Source: Balanoglossus misakiensis
Lineage: Eukaryota > Animalia > Hemichordata
Length of the DNA: 64,000 nucleotides
Direction of reading: 5' to 3'
NCBI GenBank assembly: GCA_040954595.2
Contig: CM082580.2
Span: 10,394,390 to 10,458,389 of the forward strand
Position 1 is the stretch's first letter. Every line of letters begins with the position of its first letter. This document shows, in pieces, positions 39,201-53,302 of the stretch. The position numbers were made by a program, and so were the translations under genes. The notes beneath the pieces are model-generated. The model was not told the DNA's origin. It ran no database searches and saw only the letters and a list, made by a program, of their open reading frames with translations.

Positions 39201-42200
39201 GTGAGGTGGTCGAACCTCTGTTTTCAGTCTCTGTTCACAGTCACATCTCCAGCAGAGTTGAGTGTCTGGAATTTTTGAGTCACACACGCAGTAGTCGTCA
39301 CTGTAATAGCAGAAAGATGATTTACTGTCTGTGATGTGATTTAGAGAGATGGTGACCCTAGTTTCCACTCCATTTGCCAACCTTAAAACAATGCTTTTAT
39401 CACTGTTGCCAGGGAAACATTAGGAAACAATGAGTGCTAGTATTTTCTAAACTATAGGGACTCCAATAGTGCATTGATAATCATGGTCTCAGTGAGCCTT
39501 TCTAATACTGTCTACCTGGGCATAGTTAGATGAGAATTGGGCAATCTAGTCTGTTTTGCAACAGAGAAAATTTTTTGTTACCAGCCCCTCCCGCTGTCTG
39601 GAAAAGGAGCTCGCTGAGTCACAAAACTCCCCATGCGCCAGATTGAAAGTGGAAAAAAAACACGAGATAATGTCTGGGTTTGCCTTTGTGAAAAATAACT
39701 AGATTTGGTGCATTCTGCGGGATGGAACGTACATACGCATCCCCACAGTTTTCGGTCTTCCCCAGGCTCAATTAGGGTTGTGCAGAATGTAATTACCTCT
39801 TGTAATTCATGACAAAATGGAATTTTCGTCTGTGGCACAGGACTCTGATTTGATTTGCCTTTATAATACCCCCACCCGAGCACAATTCATCTGTTTTCAT
39901 TGGCGAGGAGAGATATTAGAATACAAACCCAATTTCAATCGCAGTAAACTTCGTTAGTTCACCGATGGCCGCCAAGCTTTTAACATGCGAACCTCGGCTG
40001 AACTCTGGAGAGTGTTGCCTCAGATCTGTGCGTGACCAGGTCAGGCCTTATATTCTCCGCAGCCATCGCTGCAGTCATCATAAACTGAAAATCCCACTTT
40101 ATAAATGTCAAAACAAATTAATTGTAGGCAGGGAGAACGTAATAAATGGCGAGCTTGCAGAGGTCTTCGTCTGAAGAAAAAAAAGGCTGTCGAAATTGTA
40201 AGTGCTTAAGCCTAATGAAATGAGTCATTTAATTTATTAGCAAGTGTATACTTCGGTGTGAAACTCTTATCATGTGTGAGTACGTCATGACGAAGCTGTT
40301 TAAGCTCTGATACTTTCTGTCATTTTATTGGACGAGTATAACCAAAACCAATTGAGAAAATGAATTTTTTTTTCTTCTGAATCTGATGCGAGGTGAGTGT
40401 GACATCATATATGTCTGCAATCAAAAAGCTGCATGTCATCTCAAGCTCTCATGGTGACAAAAGAAGTTATACCCTGTTTTTAAAACTTTGCAGATGGATA
40501 TTGTCGTGTTTTTTTGTAGCCAATAGCGGTTTCGTAACTAAATTAACGTTGGAGTGTCTTCTGATGGCAGCCTTTCAGATTGAAATCGCTGCTGCAGGCC
40601 CTTTCTGTGTCATCTCGCGCTGTAATCGGCGCATGTACGAGGGGGATTCCCATCTGTTCCAATGCAGGTATCAAAACCATTATCTGAAAACCTTGTGGTT
40701 TTCTCAAGTGATTTTTAGTAAAGTGCACACTTTGATAGCGACAGTCTTGGACAGTCTTGGACTTTGCAGATGCTTTACACACACTAGGGATGTTAACTTT
40801 TTCTTTTTCAAGGAATTTATTTTTTTATTTTTCTGAGTACACAAAAATGAGGGTCTGATCTTTCAGCATTTTGGATTCAAGAGTTATGCTTGTTATTTTC
40901 TTGAAAAATTGAAATGCTAAACAGCCAATAAGTTGGTCAGGTTCTACATATAGACACATTTAGTTTTGAACCCAAAATATGATTAAAAAATCAGTTTTCA
41001 TGGTGCAACGCCCAATACATAGCCACCATTGATCAGTGTCATGTGGACCGGTTGACTCCATCTCAGAAACGTTCCCTGCCTATCAGAATAATCAGAAATC
41101 ATGAACATCAAAGTGCATTGTCCTCTGGTGAGTTAGAAAAGTTCATTCTTTTGGGAATAGGCGCAGTAATTGATTTCTTCTAATAGCTGGGGAAAGAAAT
41201 TGGGTTTGGGCACGACTGAGTAAGGTTCTTGGGCGTGGAAGAATGCACATGAAAATGACAAGCTTTGGCCAAACGTGGTGGTGTATATGTAACTTACATG
41301 CATGCACTCTGGGATGTCATAATTGTTTGTTCTTGTGCCAGGGTAGAAAGACGTTGGTTCAGGCATTTTTTTGTAATTGCTCTGACCATGAAAAAACAAT
41401 CACAAATAATGCACATTCTCCAAGACATGCATACCAATAACTTATGATAATTTTATCAACTACACTTTATGTCCTACTCTCATAAAAGCAAGTTGACATG
41501 TTCATTACACACCTATTCAGCCTGTCTTGTTTCATAATTTCTAGAGCTGTAAAAATTGAATTCTGTTTTACACTGGAGAGACTAATAATTCAGTATATCT
41601 ATCTACTATTTTAACTGTAGGGCATGATTGGTTCATTTTCGCAGCTTTCCATATCTCATCAATTTATCTATTTGTGAATAATGTAATCTTTTAGTATTCT
41701 CTCAGTCCAAGATAGGCAGTCACATCATTTTCCAATACTTTTGTTGACTGTAATAACCACGTGTGTGCGTTTTATTGCATGGCTGCAGCGTAATTGCTCC
41801 AGTGAACAGTAATGTCAGCGCTAGTGTGTACGTGAATTTATGAGATGTTGAAATGACTTTCACGAATGGGTCAGAAAATGAACATTATTTACATCGAAGG
41901 GCCGACCTATAGGGCTCATTAATGTGACATTATTATGTATGCTTGATTCAGTCTCTCAGACCGTTATTTTCATATAAGACTGCCAAATTTTGGCAAGCAG
42001 TTCTCGAAAACAAAATTAAGATCTCAACAAAAAACAGACAATAATCTTGATGGTACTCATCTATCGCTTCATGAAGGATGAGTTCATGAAAAATTTATGT
42101 TTGGAATTCCCTTAATTAAAACGAGCTGATGTAATGAGTCTTTTGATAATTAAAAGTCGGCCATGTTGAAATTATTTGTCTCGTGTGCATATGTGCGAAT

Positions 42201-45200
42201 AGGAGCAAATTTACTCAGCCAAGAGTAGATATTAGACGATACTATTGTCAGAGAATAGTGACATAGTTTGCATGACAATGGATCCAAATTGTGTTATCAT
42301 AGTGAAGATGTGCAGTGATGATAGGCAAATCGCTCTGGTAGACAGGACCCTGGAGACTGATGCTTTGATAGAAAAATTGAAAATCCTGTTTTAATGGCTC
42401 CGTTCTTTTTGCCGTTAGCTGTGCAAACGCGCGAGGATTTTTTTTTAAATAATGGAGTACTGTGTTTGCCATTTCAAATTTTGGCAGATTTGACACAATT
42501 TTTAAATACCCATATTTGCAAGTTGACGAACAATTCATTTGTGTTGAGTTTTGAAAAGAGAATGGTGTTCTCGAGCATAATTCAATCTTCCTGTAAATGT
42601 CAAGTCGTATACTGTACGACAACTTTACCCCGGAATGTATGAACACACATGTATGCAGATAAAAAATTGAAGCTTAGAGTACTAAATACTGCAGCGTACA
42701 CGTAGCTTCTGTGACTGATGAGAACACTGACAATATCCTATTGTAAATAACTCTCATCTCGTCCTCTCTTCCCTACATTCTACCTGATTAGAAACTTTCA
42801 GACATATTAGCCAATTTTAATGAAAGCAGTGTAATTGTACGTGCAGCTCTAACATGAGAAGTGATGAAACCCATCAGCAGAGTATGAAATTGTTTTCATG
42901 AACAATTACGCTTCTCTCCAGTGAATACAAGTCTTCAGAATGGCTTGTTATTGCTTCGTGCGGCACCTTTCATGCGACATTTTCACAAAAAAGGGAAAGT
43001 GAGAGAAAAGCTTTTGAAGTTACTGCCTAAAAGAAAATCAAGGAAAGACCGACACATATACCCAGGCTATATGCAGGTATGTTAATTCTCAAGGCATTTG
43101 AATAAACCCGGGACAGCAAATAATAAAAATTTGTAGCACTGCAACTTTATCGTTAAAAAAACGTATGCTACCAGGTAGATTTTGAATGAGATGTATAAAC
43201 ACAATTCCACTTTGCTTCTCTGCGGTTGCAACTGCTAAGAGAGGTGATTTATATTGGAACATAAAATAAAATGATCCAATTGTTTGTTCAATCAGATTAG
43301 CACAAGTTGTAAGTTTTCAATGTGTTCTCAGCAAGATGGCCGCCCTCTAACCTCCGGCAAATAAAGCGGCAGATTATTGATGACCTTACGGTGACCCTCA
43401 CACTAGGCGCACTATGTTAATTTGAACGCGCGGTGAATAGAGGCTGCGATAGTGACGAGGCTCACGGCACCTTGCGGAAAAGTTTTAGTGCACACATTGA
43501 AAATTGTTTCACGTAACGTTCAAATTTGCTTTGGAAAAGCAGAATAAAAAGGGCAGACGACGTGGCCATTGAAACGAGAAGGGTCATTTTGTAGGACTGA
43601 AAGAACTTTTCAAATTTTGAGCACTTTGTGGAGTGATTTGAACTGTCTGTGAAAGGGCCCCAGTCGACGATGAAAACAGTGACAGGAAGTGAACTGAACA
43701 CAGGGCAGGAAATTAAATCAGAATAATCGGCACGAAAATCCCCAATTCCTTCATTTGTTGAAATCCAATTGTTGCCGTTGCTAGTAATTTGCAGGAATAC
43801 AAAAAGCTGATGCTCAGCTTTATCTGTCAGTGATTATTAAATTTCCTACTGTAACAAAAAAGAGAAGAATTCAGTCTAGTCTACGGCTTCTGAGTCATTT
43901 CTGTAATTAGTTACAGAATAAAGTTCAGTTTGATTCTGTAATTATTTCTCTGAGGATGTGAGGAAAGATGTCTTCATCCTTTTCAGTGTTACTGTCGTAT
44001 TGAAATACGAATAAGGGAAGAGAATTAACAAACAAACACATGATCGGAGATATGGAACGCATAGAAATAAACTGAAATCATGGCATCAGAGACACATTTG
44101 ATGGTTCTGATGAAATGCTTACACCAGCTTGAAGGCTGTCTCAAATATCTTTGTATATTTCACTGGTTTAGTTAGATATGGGGATTATGGTGTAACTTTA
44201 ATGTGACGTGACGATTCACAATGACAGACGACAACATTTTTATTGTTGCTTTTGAAATTTCCCTGCAGTCATATTTACTCAGTTCACAGATCTGAGTGTC
44301 AAAATGGGATGCAAGTTGCAAAGCAGTAGCCTTCGTGGCAACTCTTTTGAGTCGACACAATAGTTGTCATCAGTATCTACAGCTAGAGCACCCAGAGAGG
44401 CAGAGAGAGAGAGAAAAATCTGAGTGCGTCTTTCTTTCCACAACTGCCATTGTATTGTCATCCATTACAATGCGCTGGTTTTCATGAGACGGGTACGCCT
44501 TTGTTACGGAAGGTTAGCTAAGTTCAACACGCAACATTCAGCTGTCGTGGAGGCATTGTTTTCCTAATGCACTTATCGACGGGTTTTCAATAGCAGCTGT
44601 TGGGTTTCGGTATTGTTAATGCTCGGTAATTACTTTTCGATTCCAACCCCAGCCGCATGGAAATGCCATTGCCCTGTGGAGAGGAATGCAGCGTGCGGGA
44701 AATCGTGCCTGTCCATCATTTGAAATTGATAGTGATTGACAAAACAAAGGGTTTACATCTTTACTACCAATTTTATGCACAAGAATGATAATCATGGGAA
44801 GTTTAATAGGGTACTGAAACAACAGTGCCTGCAGGGTTGGGATGGGGATGGTACGTACACTTTTGAAGGCTAACAAGATGGGTAGATATTAATATACATG
44901 TAATATGTAATTGCAAAATTAATGCAAGAACAGTCCCAAGTCATTAAGTTAGTGTAGGTGCAAGTAAATTTCATGAAACACATGGTTCCAGTTGTACTTT
45001 TGTATAAATCCAAGCTTTTTGGACTATAAAGAAAGAACCCCCCCCCCTTTAATCATTTATTAGGGTTTAATAGTCACTTGAAGAAAACTAACACTGCTTA
45101 ATTGTTGTTGGGGTAACAGTTATTGGTATGCTTATGAATCTGCCAAATCACACGCATATTTGACTTGTATTTTGGCGCGGTCAATCACAATTAAAGGTCG

Positions 45201-48200
45201 AACCTCAGGGTTTCACCCCAGACGGAATGGAGCACCGGCAAATGTTATTAAAAAGAAGTCCACCGGTGTGATACATCAGCGACAAAAAGTGCATGCAGCC
45301 CAATCCACTGTGAAATCTGTTCAGATTCATCACCGTCACCCAGAACAGCTCCATTATTCCCTCGACTCTCGGAGATCAAAGCCCGGACCCGACTTCTGAC
45401 AAAAAAAGGACCATGTGCTATTGTCATTTTGGTGGTTGGTGTTGTTTGATATTGTAATCTACTCTTTTGTCGGCGTCGAACAGGTGTTCAGATAAAAGTC
45501 AATCCAAGTAATGATTTTTTTTTCCATCGGAGTTCTCTTTCTGGATTGGTGACTTTCATAATAGCACACAAAGTGCATTGTCAGAATTAAATACAGGAAA
45601 ACTAGTAAAGCTAGGTGTCTCCAAAAGAAAAGAGCGTGTACATGTACGGTAGTGTCCGGGCATTGGTAGGGAGTTGGTGTTGAGTGTTGGCTACATGTAA
45701 AAAACAACTTAAGCACAGGTATACAGACTCTGTAAATGGGCAAGTTTAGTATGTGTGTCTGAATTGAGTACTGAGGACAAAGCTACAGGACCACAGACAC
45801 ACAACCTTCAGATGGTGATTAATAAGTTGAATGCGTTATCCCGACTATTACTTCTGTGGCCGAATTTCGCTCGCTCGTGCCTTTCAGTTTCTAATGGAGT
45901 TGATTTTACAGAGTGTTCGCTCTTGATACCCTGGTGTGATTCCCTGCCTCCCCAGAGGGAATTGTGGCAAATCAAATTCAATTTATGAATCACCGGAGAA
46001 AGGAAAATAGTCAACTGTCTCCAGAAAGAATATGTCGCACTCAGAGCTTTCACTTTTCATTGAAAGTGTGATTTTCAAATGTCTTATCCTCATATTCCAT
46101 ATTTCAGTACCTGAGATACCTGACCAGTGCAAGTGGACACTATCCTTGTCAATGAAGTTGATTTTCCCTTATAATTATGCATCATCATGCTCTCAATCTG
46201 TTTACTGCATAATTCAGTGTGACTGATATTTGCGAGAAAACCATTTCATGATATTTGAATATTTCGTCGCAATGGGGTGGGTGAATAAAATGAAGAATAG
46301 TCGCAGGGTTCACATGGAGAATTCATTGTGTGAACCCCAAAGCCGCACAGATCTTGTGTGGAAACGTCTTCCCCTGTCAGTAACTATACCAAGTTGCCTA
46401 TACTGTCACATTCTTTGATGAGCAGTTGCCGAACAGTTAAGCTACCCGTCGTAATCTTTGACAAGCCGATAATTGGGTGAGAGATTCTTGCTCTCCTTTT
46501 CTGTCGCGGGATGAGAATCAAACCAGTCTTTATTGACTGGTGTGCTGATCCGCACTTTCGCATGCAAGTAATGATGCCACATGCACCGGGGAAAGTCGGT
46601 TTGATTTTCCTTCTTCGAGTTTCACGTGGAACCGTCTTTGTTTGTTAGCATCTAGAGGTTTGATTGGCACATCGCTAAGCCACACTTTTCGTGAACTCCT
46701 GCAGTTTACGGAAACATGTAATTTCTAAACCTGGAAGGTGAATCCTTCAAACAGCTTATATATTTTATTTCATATATAAAGTCGACATTAATATGCAGAA
46801 AGTTGACTGATTTACATTTGAATACTCCTTGTAGTACAGAAATGAATGCAGATGATCTCTTGTAGGAAACTGGGTGACAAATTAACTTAGTGAGATTGTC
46901 TGCATATGTCTGTACACAGTGACCCAATTGGTCTGTATCGAAGTAAAAAGAAATCAAGGTCATTAGCATTGCAAGAAACGAAGTTATAAAGAAAGGCTGC
47001 CCTCACAAACATTCCAGGGGAATGTACTATCACACGTGCGAAACTCCAGACATTGATACAATCAAATGTGGGTCACCTACAGCTGAGGTTCAGGTTGGAT
47101 TCAGTGTTGATTGATAGTCCACAGGGACAATGTTGCTGCATGGTCAATTAAGAATGAGCAGGAATAGATCAACAAAAGCAGATGTCCCTGCAGTTTTTGT
47201 ATGCCAAGGAGAATCATGTATACTGTCCTTGATCTGAAATTTAAATTTCTTGATGTTTCCACCTGTTTTAAAATATTTTCGTACATGCTTTTGAGTTTTT
47301 TGGCAATACTAAATTTTGATATGCAATAATTCACTGTAACTCTTAACCAGGAATCTGACTCTGGTCCTGTTAAAAAACTATGACTCTGTTTGTTTATTAA
47401 TTTATGCTAATTTTATCAGGTAAGATGTGAGTAATCAGAACATACACTCGTCCGGCCATCTTCCTCTCTCGTCGAATGTCATCGAAGTTGAGTAATCGCT
47501 GTTAAGTGTCATTAACCCCTAATTATATCTCTGGTTGGCGGTGATGCAACCGCTGCTTTTGCTAAAAGATGCAAGCCCTTGATTGGTCAATCCCAGGTGG
47601 CCATCGCATCAGTTATGATTGATTATGTGGACATGCGACTGTTTTTCAGAGAATGAGTCAGAGTATGGAGGGATGTAGCAGTTGGTTAAAGTAATTTGAG
47701 AGCAATTAGTTGAATCATTTGAGACAGAAAAAAATGTATTTTCTTGACCATAATAATTATTTATCTTTCCGCATGAAAAAAAAAGATTTCATGAATATTG
47801 CTCACCACATGTTACTTTGAGCTTGATGCAAAAATGTGACAGTAAAATAGTTTACCCGATCAAAAACCAAACCTCTTTTCACAATTAAGTGGCCTTCCAT
47901 CTTAAAAGATAATTGACATTTTAAGGCTATCCTCTGCTCATGCATTTTATTACTGACCGAAAAACTGATAACACCGTGATATCAGACGGTTTTGATAGTG
48001 CCAAGGGTCCCTTCCCCATTTTCCAAGCGGAATAGCATGGAGATTGATGGTGGAACAATTTGAATAGCAATTACGGTCACATTAAAACCCATTGCCGAGA
48101 GTCCGACATCTGAAACGATGTGACACTTCATCAGATATGGGGTCAAGGGTCGACTTCCGAGGATGGTTCTTGGAGTAATTGGAAGTGATAAAGGTGTTAT

Positions 48201-51200
48201 TCATGTAGGCTTTCTTAAGCCGTCTTTAAGTGGTTCTGTAATTGTGTTTGATAAGGGAAGGGTATTGGGTGAGTCAATGGGAGGTAATCAAGTCTCAAGA
48301 TTCTTGATAGTTTATATATCAAACTCGGGGATTATTTCATGCCTGTGTGATTTGAGAAGACGGAATGCTGCTAGCTGTGTCATGTTGTGATCTAACGGGT
48401 CAGTTGATTGGTCTCAGGAAAAATGGGTGTGAAGTTTTTTAGCATTAAAACTAGAATTTGACAAAAAGTTAAAGTTGATCATTGTACGTTTAGATAAAGC
48501 AGTGACATACATTGTATGTGCACTATGGACACTCTGTCATGATATCAATTGTACGTATATGTACCTGTAATTTCAGATTAATTTCTTGTCTGGTTGAATG
48601 CCAAGGTCACGTCAATGTATTAATATTAAGACTTGGAGACACTGCTGGGTTTGCTGACAGTAATACTTAGCAAAGCCATCCACTGGAGCCACAATCATTT
48701 CACTGTCTCTCACAACGTCATTTGAAGAACCTAATTGTCAGCTTTCAGGGCCCTTTTATGTGCTAATTTAGTTCTTTTTTTTTACCTTCATCTTGTCTCA
48801 GAAAGGATTCTGCTGACAGCCAGACATGCAGTTGAGTCTGCCACATATAGAAAGCCTGTGGATATAATTTCCTCCCCACGTATGCATTCTTGCCTGTCTG
48901 GCCCTTCAAGAGCTGCGTGTCTTTTGAGAAAAAGCAGCTTTTTTTGAGCAGACTGCGTGGCAACTGTCTCTTTCTGAGAATCCAATGAGTGTCATCAGTG
49001 TAGTGTATTGTGTTACGACAACATGTGGACAGACGTCCAATATTTGGTGTTCAGATGGTTTTGTTTGATGGCTCTGATGAACATGCAACGTTAAATATTG
49101 ATGTCTGCGCTTCCTGGTATAGCTATAGCTTTGCGAGATTCTGAATATCACAACTGCCACTATTGCCGTCACCAGTAATTATTCTGAGAGGATGAATCAA
49201 ACATGACTTTGGTAATAGGTGTATTTGATTCAGAAACGTTTGAAAATGAATATTCACCATCAATTGCGATATTGCAAATAAAACAACTTCCATTCGGCCG
49301 AGATTTGCACTCTTCACAGATGCATTGTTGAGTGATTGAAGGACTACTCCGACTGTATTGGCTTAGTTCCGGCCTGCTGCGGGAGAATTCATTAAAGCTT
49401 TTTTCAGCGGCCAACGCCGTGTTGATTATGACCAATAGAGGGCAGTCTTAATGAATTCTTAACGCCTGTTTCTCGCAGACAGATTTAACGTCTATAAAGC
49501 ACACGCTGATGCCTGTAACATTTGTGATTTACATTGGATCCAAGCTAATGGGTCTTGAGAAGTGGCAGATTATAAATATCGATCAGCATTCAGGATGGAG
49601 TGTATGTGGTGGATGAACGTGACTCGGCCGTGTAATCTTGAAAGACTTGTTGCGAGTGTCTGGTGCGGGAAGCTGATGCACCTTGATAGGTTTACAGAAG
49701 CGTGGTTTGGCACGGCAGCGATTTTATTACGTCGTTTATTGAAAATTTATCCTGGAAAATTGAAAAGCTGCTGGCACGTTTGATGTGTTTGACATAAGGT
49801 AATTAGGCATAGCGCAACTTATTTACTATGTTAAGACTGCCCTGGGGAAAACTAACGCCTGCTCCGTCTCGTGTGCTCTCGCTACGACAGCGACGGTATT
49901 TCATTGGGTTTCGTTGGACACGAGCGAGGCGTCCAGACAAGGATGACGACTGGGCCCATGCAGTCATGCGGTAATTGGGCCGAAAACAGACAGGTGCCAT
50001 CGCGAATCATTCTTTCTTCCTGGAGAGGTGACTGTTCTCTGTTGGCAAACAATGAAAAATAAATGAACTAATGCGCACGCAGGCGCGGAATGGAACAGAC
50101 GAGATTGACTGGAGTGGACATGGGTTTTTTCTTCTTCTGCAATTCTAATTGCTTTTGTAATCATCTTTGTGCACCCAACAAATGAAATGGGAGTGCTAGC
50201 TGCAGGAGACGTGACTTAGGAATACAATGGAAATACCAGTAGATGGAATTTGCCTACCAGTGGACAGAAATGCTACAGTTATGGTTAAAGATACGTAGGC
50301 AATGGTAGTTTTTGTTTGCAAGCGGATACCAGCCGATGTTTCCATTCCAAAGGAATACAGAAAGCGTAATGAGATGAATATATTTGGCTGTGCACTGCAA
50401 AATGTTGACCAAGGATAGATGGGTGTGTCCGGAGGCTCTCTTTAGAGAAACAGTCCATTTTAGAATTAATAGCCACTGGCTGTTGTATTTTAACGAAGCC
50501 ATTAACTGAGGGTCTGTTTATATTTATTTCTTTAGAATGTACCCAATTTGTCTTGTGCAATTTTCAGCGACTTGAAACTCGTATACAACACTTAAAATCT
50601 CCAGTTAAACCAACTAGCTATTTTTTTGTTGCAGAAATGAAACAGATGCTGTTGTAATTGTTGCAATTAAGACGCAAATTCGGAGAGAGAGAGGCGATTG
50701 AGTCATCTGTTTATCGCTTTCAATCAGCTTCCAAAGAGGGTTGTGGACTTATATAAATTCAATTCAGTATTTCCAGAGTGATTGCAAGGGAAAGGAGAAG
50801 GGGGGGGGGGTTGCACAAAAGCTCCCTATCTAGCCAAGGATGAGACTATTGTCTGACAGACTGGGCGCGTATCTCTTAACAAAAAGCTTCCATCATCAGA
50901 ACATTTTTAACACGTCGTAGCCGAGGGCAAGATGTGAACCCCGATAACAGGCGGTTGCAGCAAGCCAGGAAGATAGCGATGTACCGAGTCAAAATTGTCA
51001 CCTGATTAACAATAAAGGTCACGGCAAGGTGAACGCGTTACATCATTCATTTGATTTTGCAAGCTGATGAGAATTACTACAGGCAAAAATTCTCCAGAGG
51101 CAAGTTGTGCACTGTGCACATGTGTGTACTCTGATTTTTAACAAAAAAAACCCCAACAAAATTGCAATGATGCTGGATATTTTGAATAAAGAAATTGAAA

Positions 51201-52507
51201 CTTCCAGCTCAGGACACTGTTTTGGAAACTATTCGAAAAACAGAAAGAAAAGGCAACAAATCTTTTGATAAACTACGCGTCATAAATATTCAGACATTTT
51301 GTCACTAATGCTGATTACTTCATTGTGGTAGTTATTTTTGATTGACAGCTGAGGATCACCATGGACCACGCTTTGTTCGCGGTGTATCAAAATTTATTCA
51401 TGGAGCGTGTTTCACTGTCGCTTAATAAAGCATCTTTAACCCGGGCCCTCGCTGGAGAATCCATCATTTCCACCACCCTGCAACGTCAGAACAATTTTGC
51501 ACGTTTCTGCCTGTGTAATTATTTAAAAGCTGCATATTACAATGTCACCGGTCAGATTTAGTGACATGCTTATACTGCTTCCATTTTTTTTTTTTGCTTT
51601 GCCAAATGCAGTAGCTGCTGTGATCAGTGGGATGTATTTTTGCTTTCGCGTTCGTTGTTCTATGATAATGAAGCTTTTGTTCACAAAAAGCCACAGTCTC
51701 ATTTACTGTGAATTAAGTCTTCACTGATTCACTTTTCTTTGCAAAACACATTCAAGTAATAAACTTAAGTCTCCTTCCCATGTGATTTAAAGCAGTTTTC
51801 ATCCCACTTCTGTTGTTCAACTTTTCAAAACTATACTTTTTATCTAAGTTTGGTCTGGTAATTGGTGTTGATAATTAAAAACACATACTATCATAAACAG
51901 AGATTTGTTAAAGGGAGGCCTTGCTTACTTGTATTTGGATTTCCATGCACAAATTGGAACGGAGTTTTGGTGCAAAACTTCTGAACTGAATAGTCATAGC
52001 ACAAATATTGCAGATATTGTAATGGGAAAACATTTATGCATGAAAATGAGATTTTGCAACTGTACTTCGCGTTTATATCTTTTGATGGATTTCTGATCTG
52101 ATTGATCTTGGTTATCTGAAATATGCATTGATCCCATGAAAGATCAACGCATAATGAAGACAACTGAGCTTATTTCAACAACCGAGTCTCGGTAATGGCT
52201 GGCCCCTGTACAGAGCAATTAGTTATTCATTTAATTTCTCAGTTCATCATAATGCCATTTCTCCAGTGATGGATAATTCACCCCCCACCAAACATCATCA
52301 TTTTGTAATGGATTAGCACACGCTTCACCTGTTTGACCTCGCGGCATGGGGGAACAATAATGGCGATTATGTTTTCATTTTGGCCGGAGGGGGAGAGCGG
52401 GGAACCAAGAAGAGAATGAAAAAAATGATACCAACATTGTCTGAAACGATCGGGAGTACGATACGCTGATAGACTGGTTTCAGCTAGAAGAACAAAGAGG
52501 GAGTTAA

Positions 52508-53302
52508 GATGGGTCCCTAGGATCTTTTTGCCCGTTGCTATGGGCCTTTATAGGACATTACACCCCGATTTGGACTAAGCCGTTTTCAGAGTCTAACAAG
52601 GGGCTGGTAACTAGTTAAAAATACGCACGATTGTGAGCGCGCGCCCCCTGACGCCATTGATATGCAAATTAGTTAGGTCAAATTTCAAAAGCCTAAGGCT
52701 TTTTATTCCGTGACCTCAAAAACGAACTTGATACGTATTCATTAGTTGCTTGAACCAGGGAAGATCGTGACGGATTTTGTTTTCGAATATTATCGTTGTA
52801 TCCTACGATTTCAGCATACCCGTACCACACCTGAAAAAGTCATCGATTTTGGGTGTTTTTGGACGCACTCTTCCGCTGGTATCGCTTCTTAGCACGACGA
52901 AAACCGAAAAAACGATCCGTCACACTATGCGGAAGTGCGTTCTCAACAAGCAGGTCAAATTTGGCTGGCCTACGTCGCCTGCGAAAAAAGCCTTAGGGAT
53001 TTTCGTGAACGGTACAAAATCTCTGTGTACAAAACATTGGATTTTTAGCGTTCGATCCAGTTACTGTGGTTACAGGACGCGCACGCTATCGCTGACCGCT
53101 GCTTTGCCGTATTAGCGTGGCGGCCTATGGCCGGGCGGTAGCTGCCGTAAACATACTCGGACAGGGGGTGTGCACACAATCGTGTGTATTTTTAACTAGT
53201 TACAAGCCCCTTGTCGGACGTTCATAACGGTTTCGATCAAAATTGAGTGTAGTGTCCTATAAAGGCCCATAGCAACGAGCAAAAAGATCCTAGGGACCCA
53301 TC
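52508..53302. mobile_element. Non-autonomous DNA transposon, Kolobok-like (TTAA TSD, RR..YY termini)
   Basis: TTAA at 52504-52507 and 53303-53306; ~130-bp terminal inverted repeats starting GATGGGTCCCTAGGATCTTTTTGC, first 50 bp with 1 mismatch; no transposase ORF. Confidence 0.9.

Noticed and set aside
40393-40836. Longest ORF in the track (147 aa) and the other 60-130 aa ORFs between 26 and 61 kb
   Set aside because: Mostly non-ATG starts, Cys/Phe/Ser-rich random composition, no domains and no consistent splice context.
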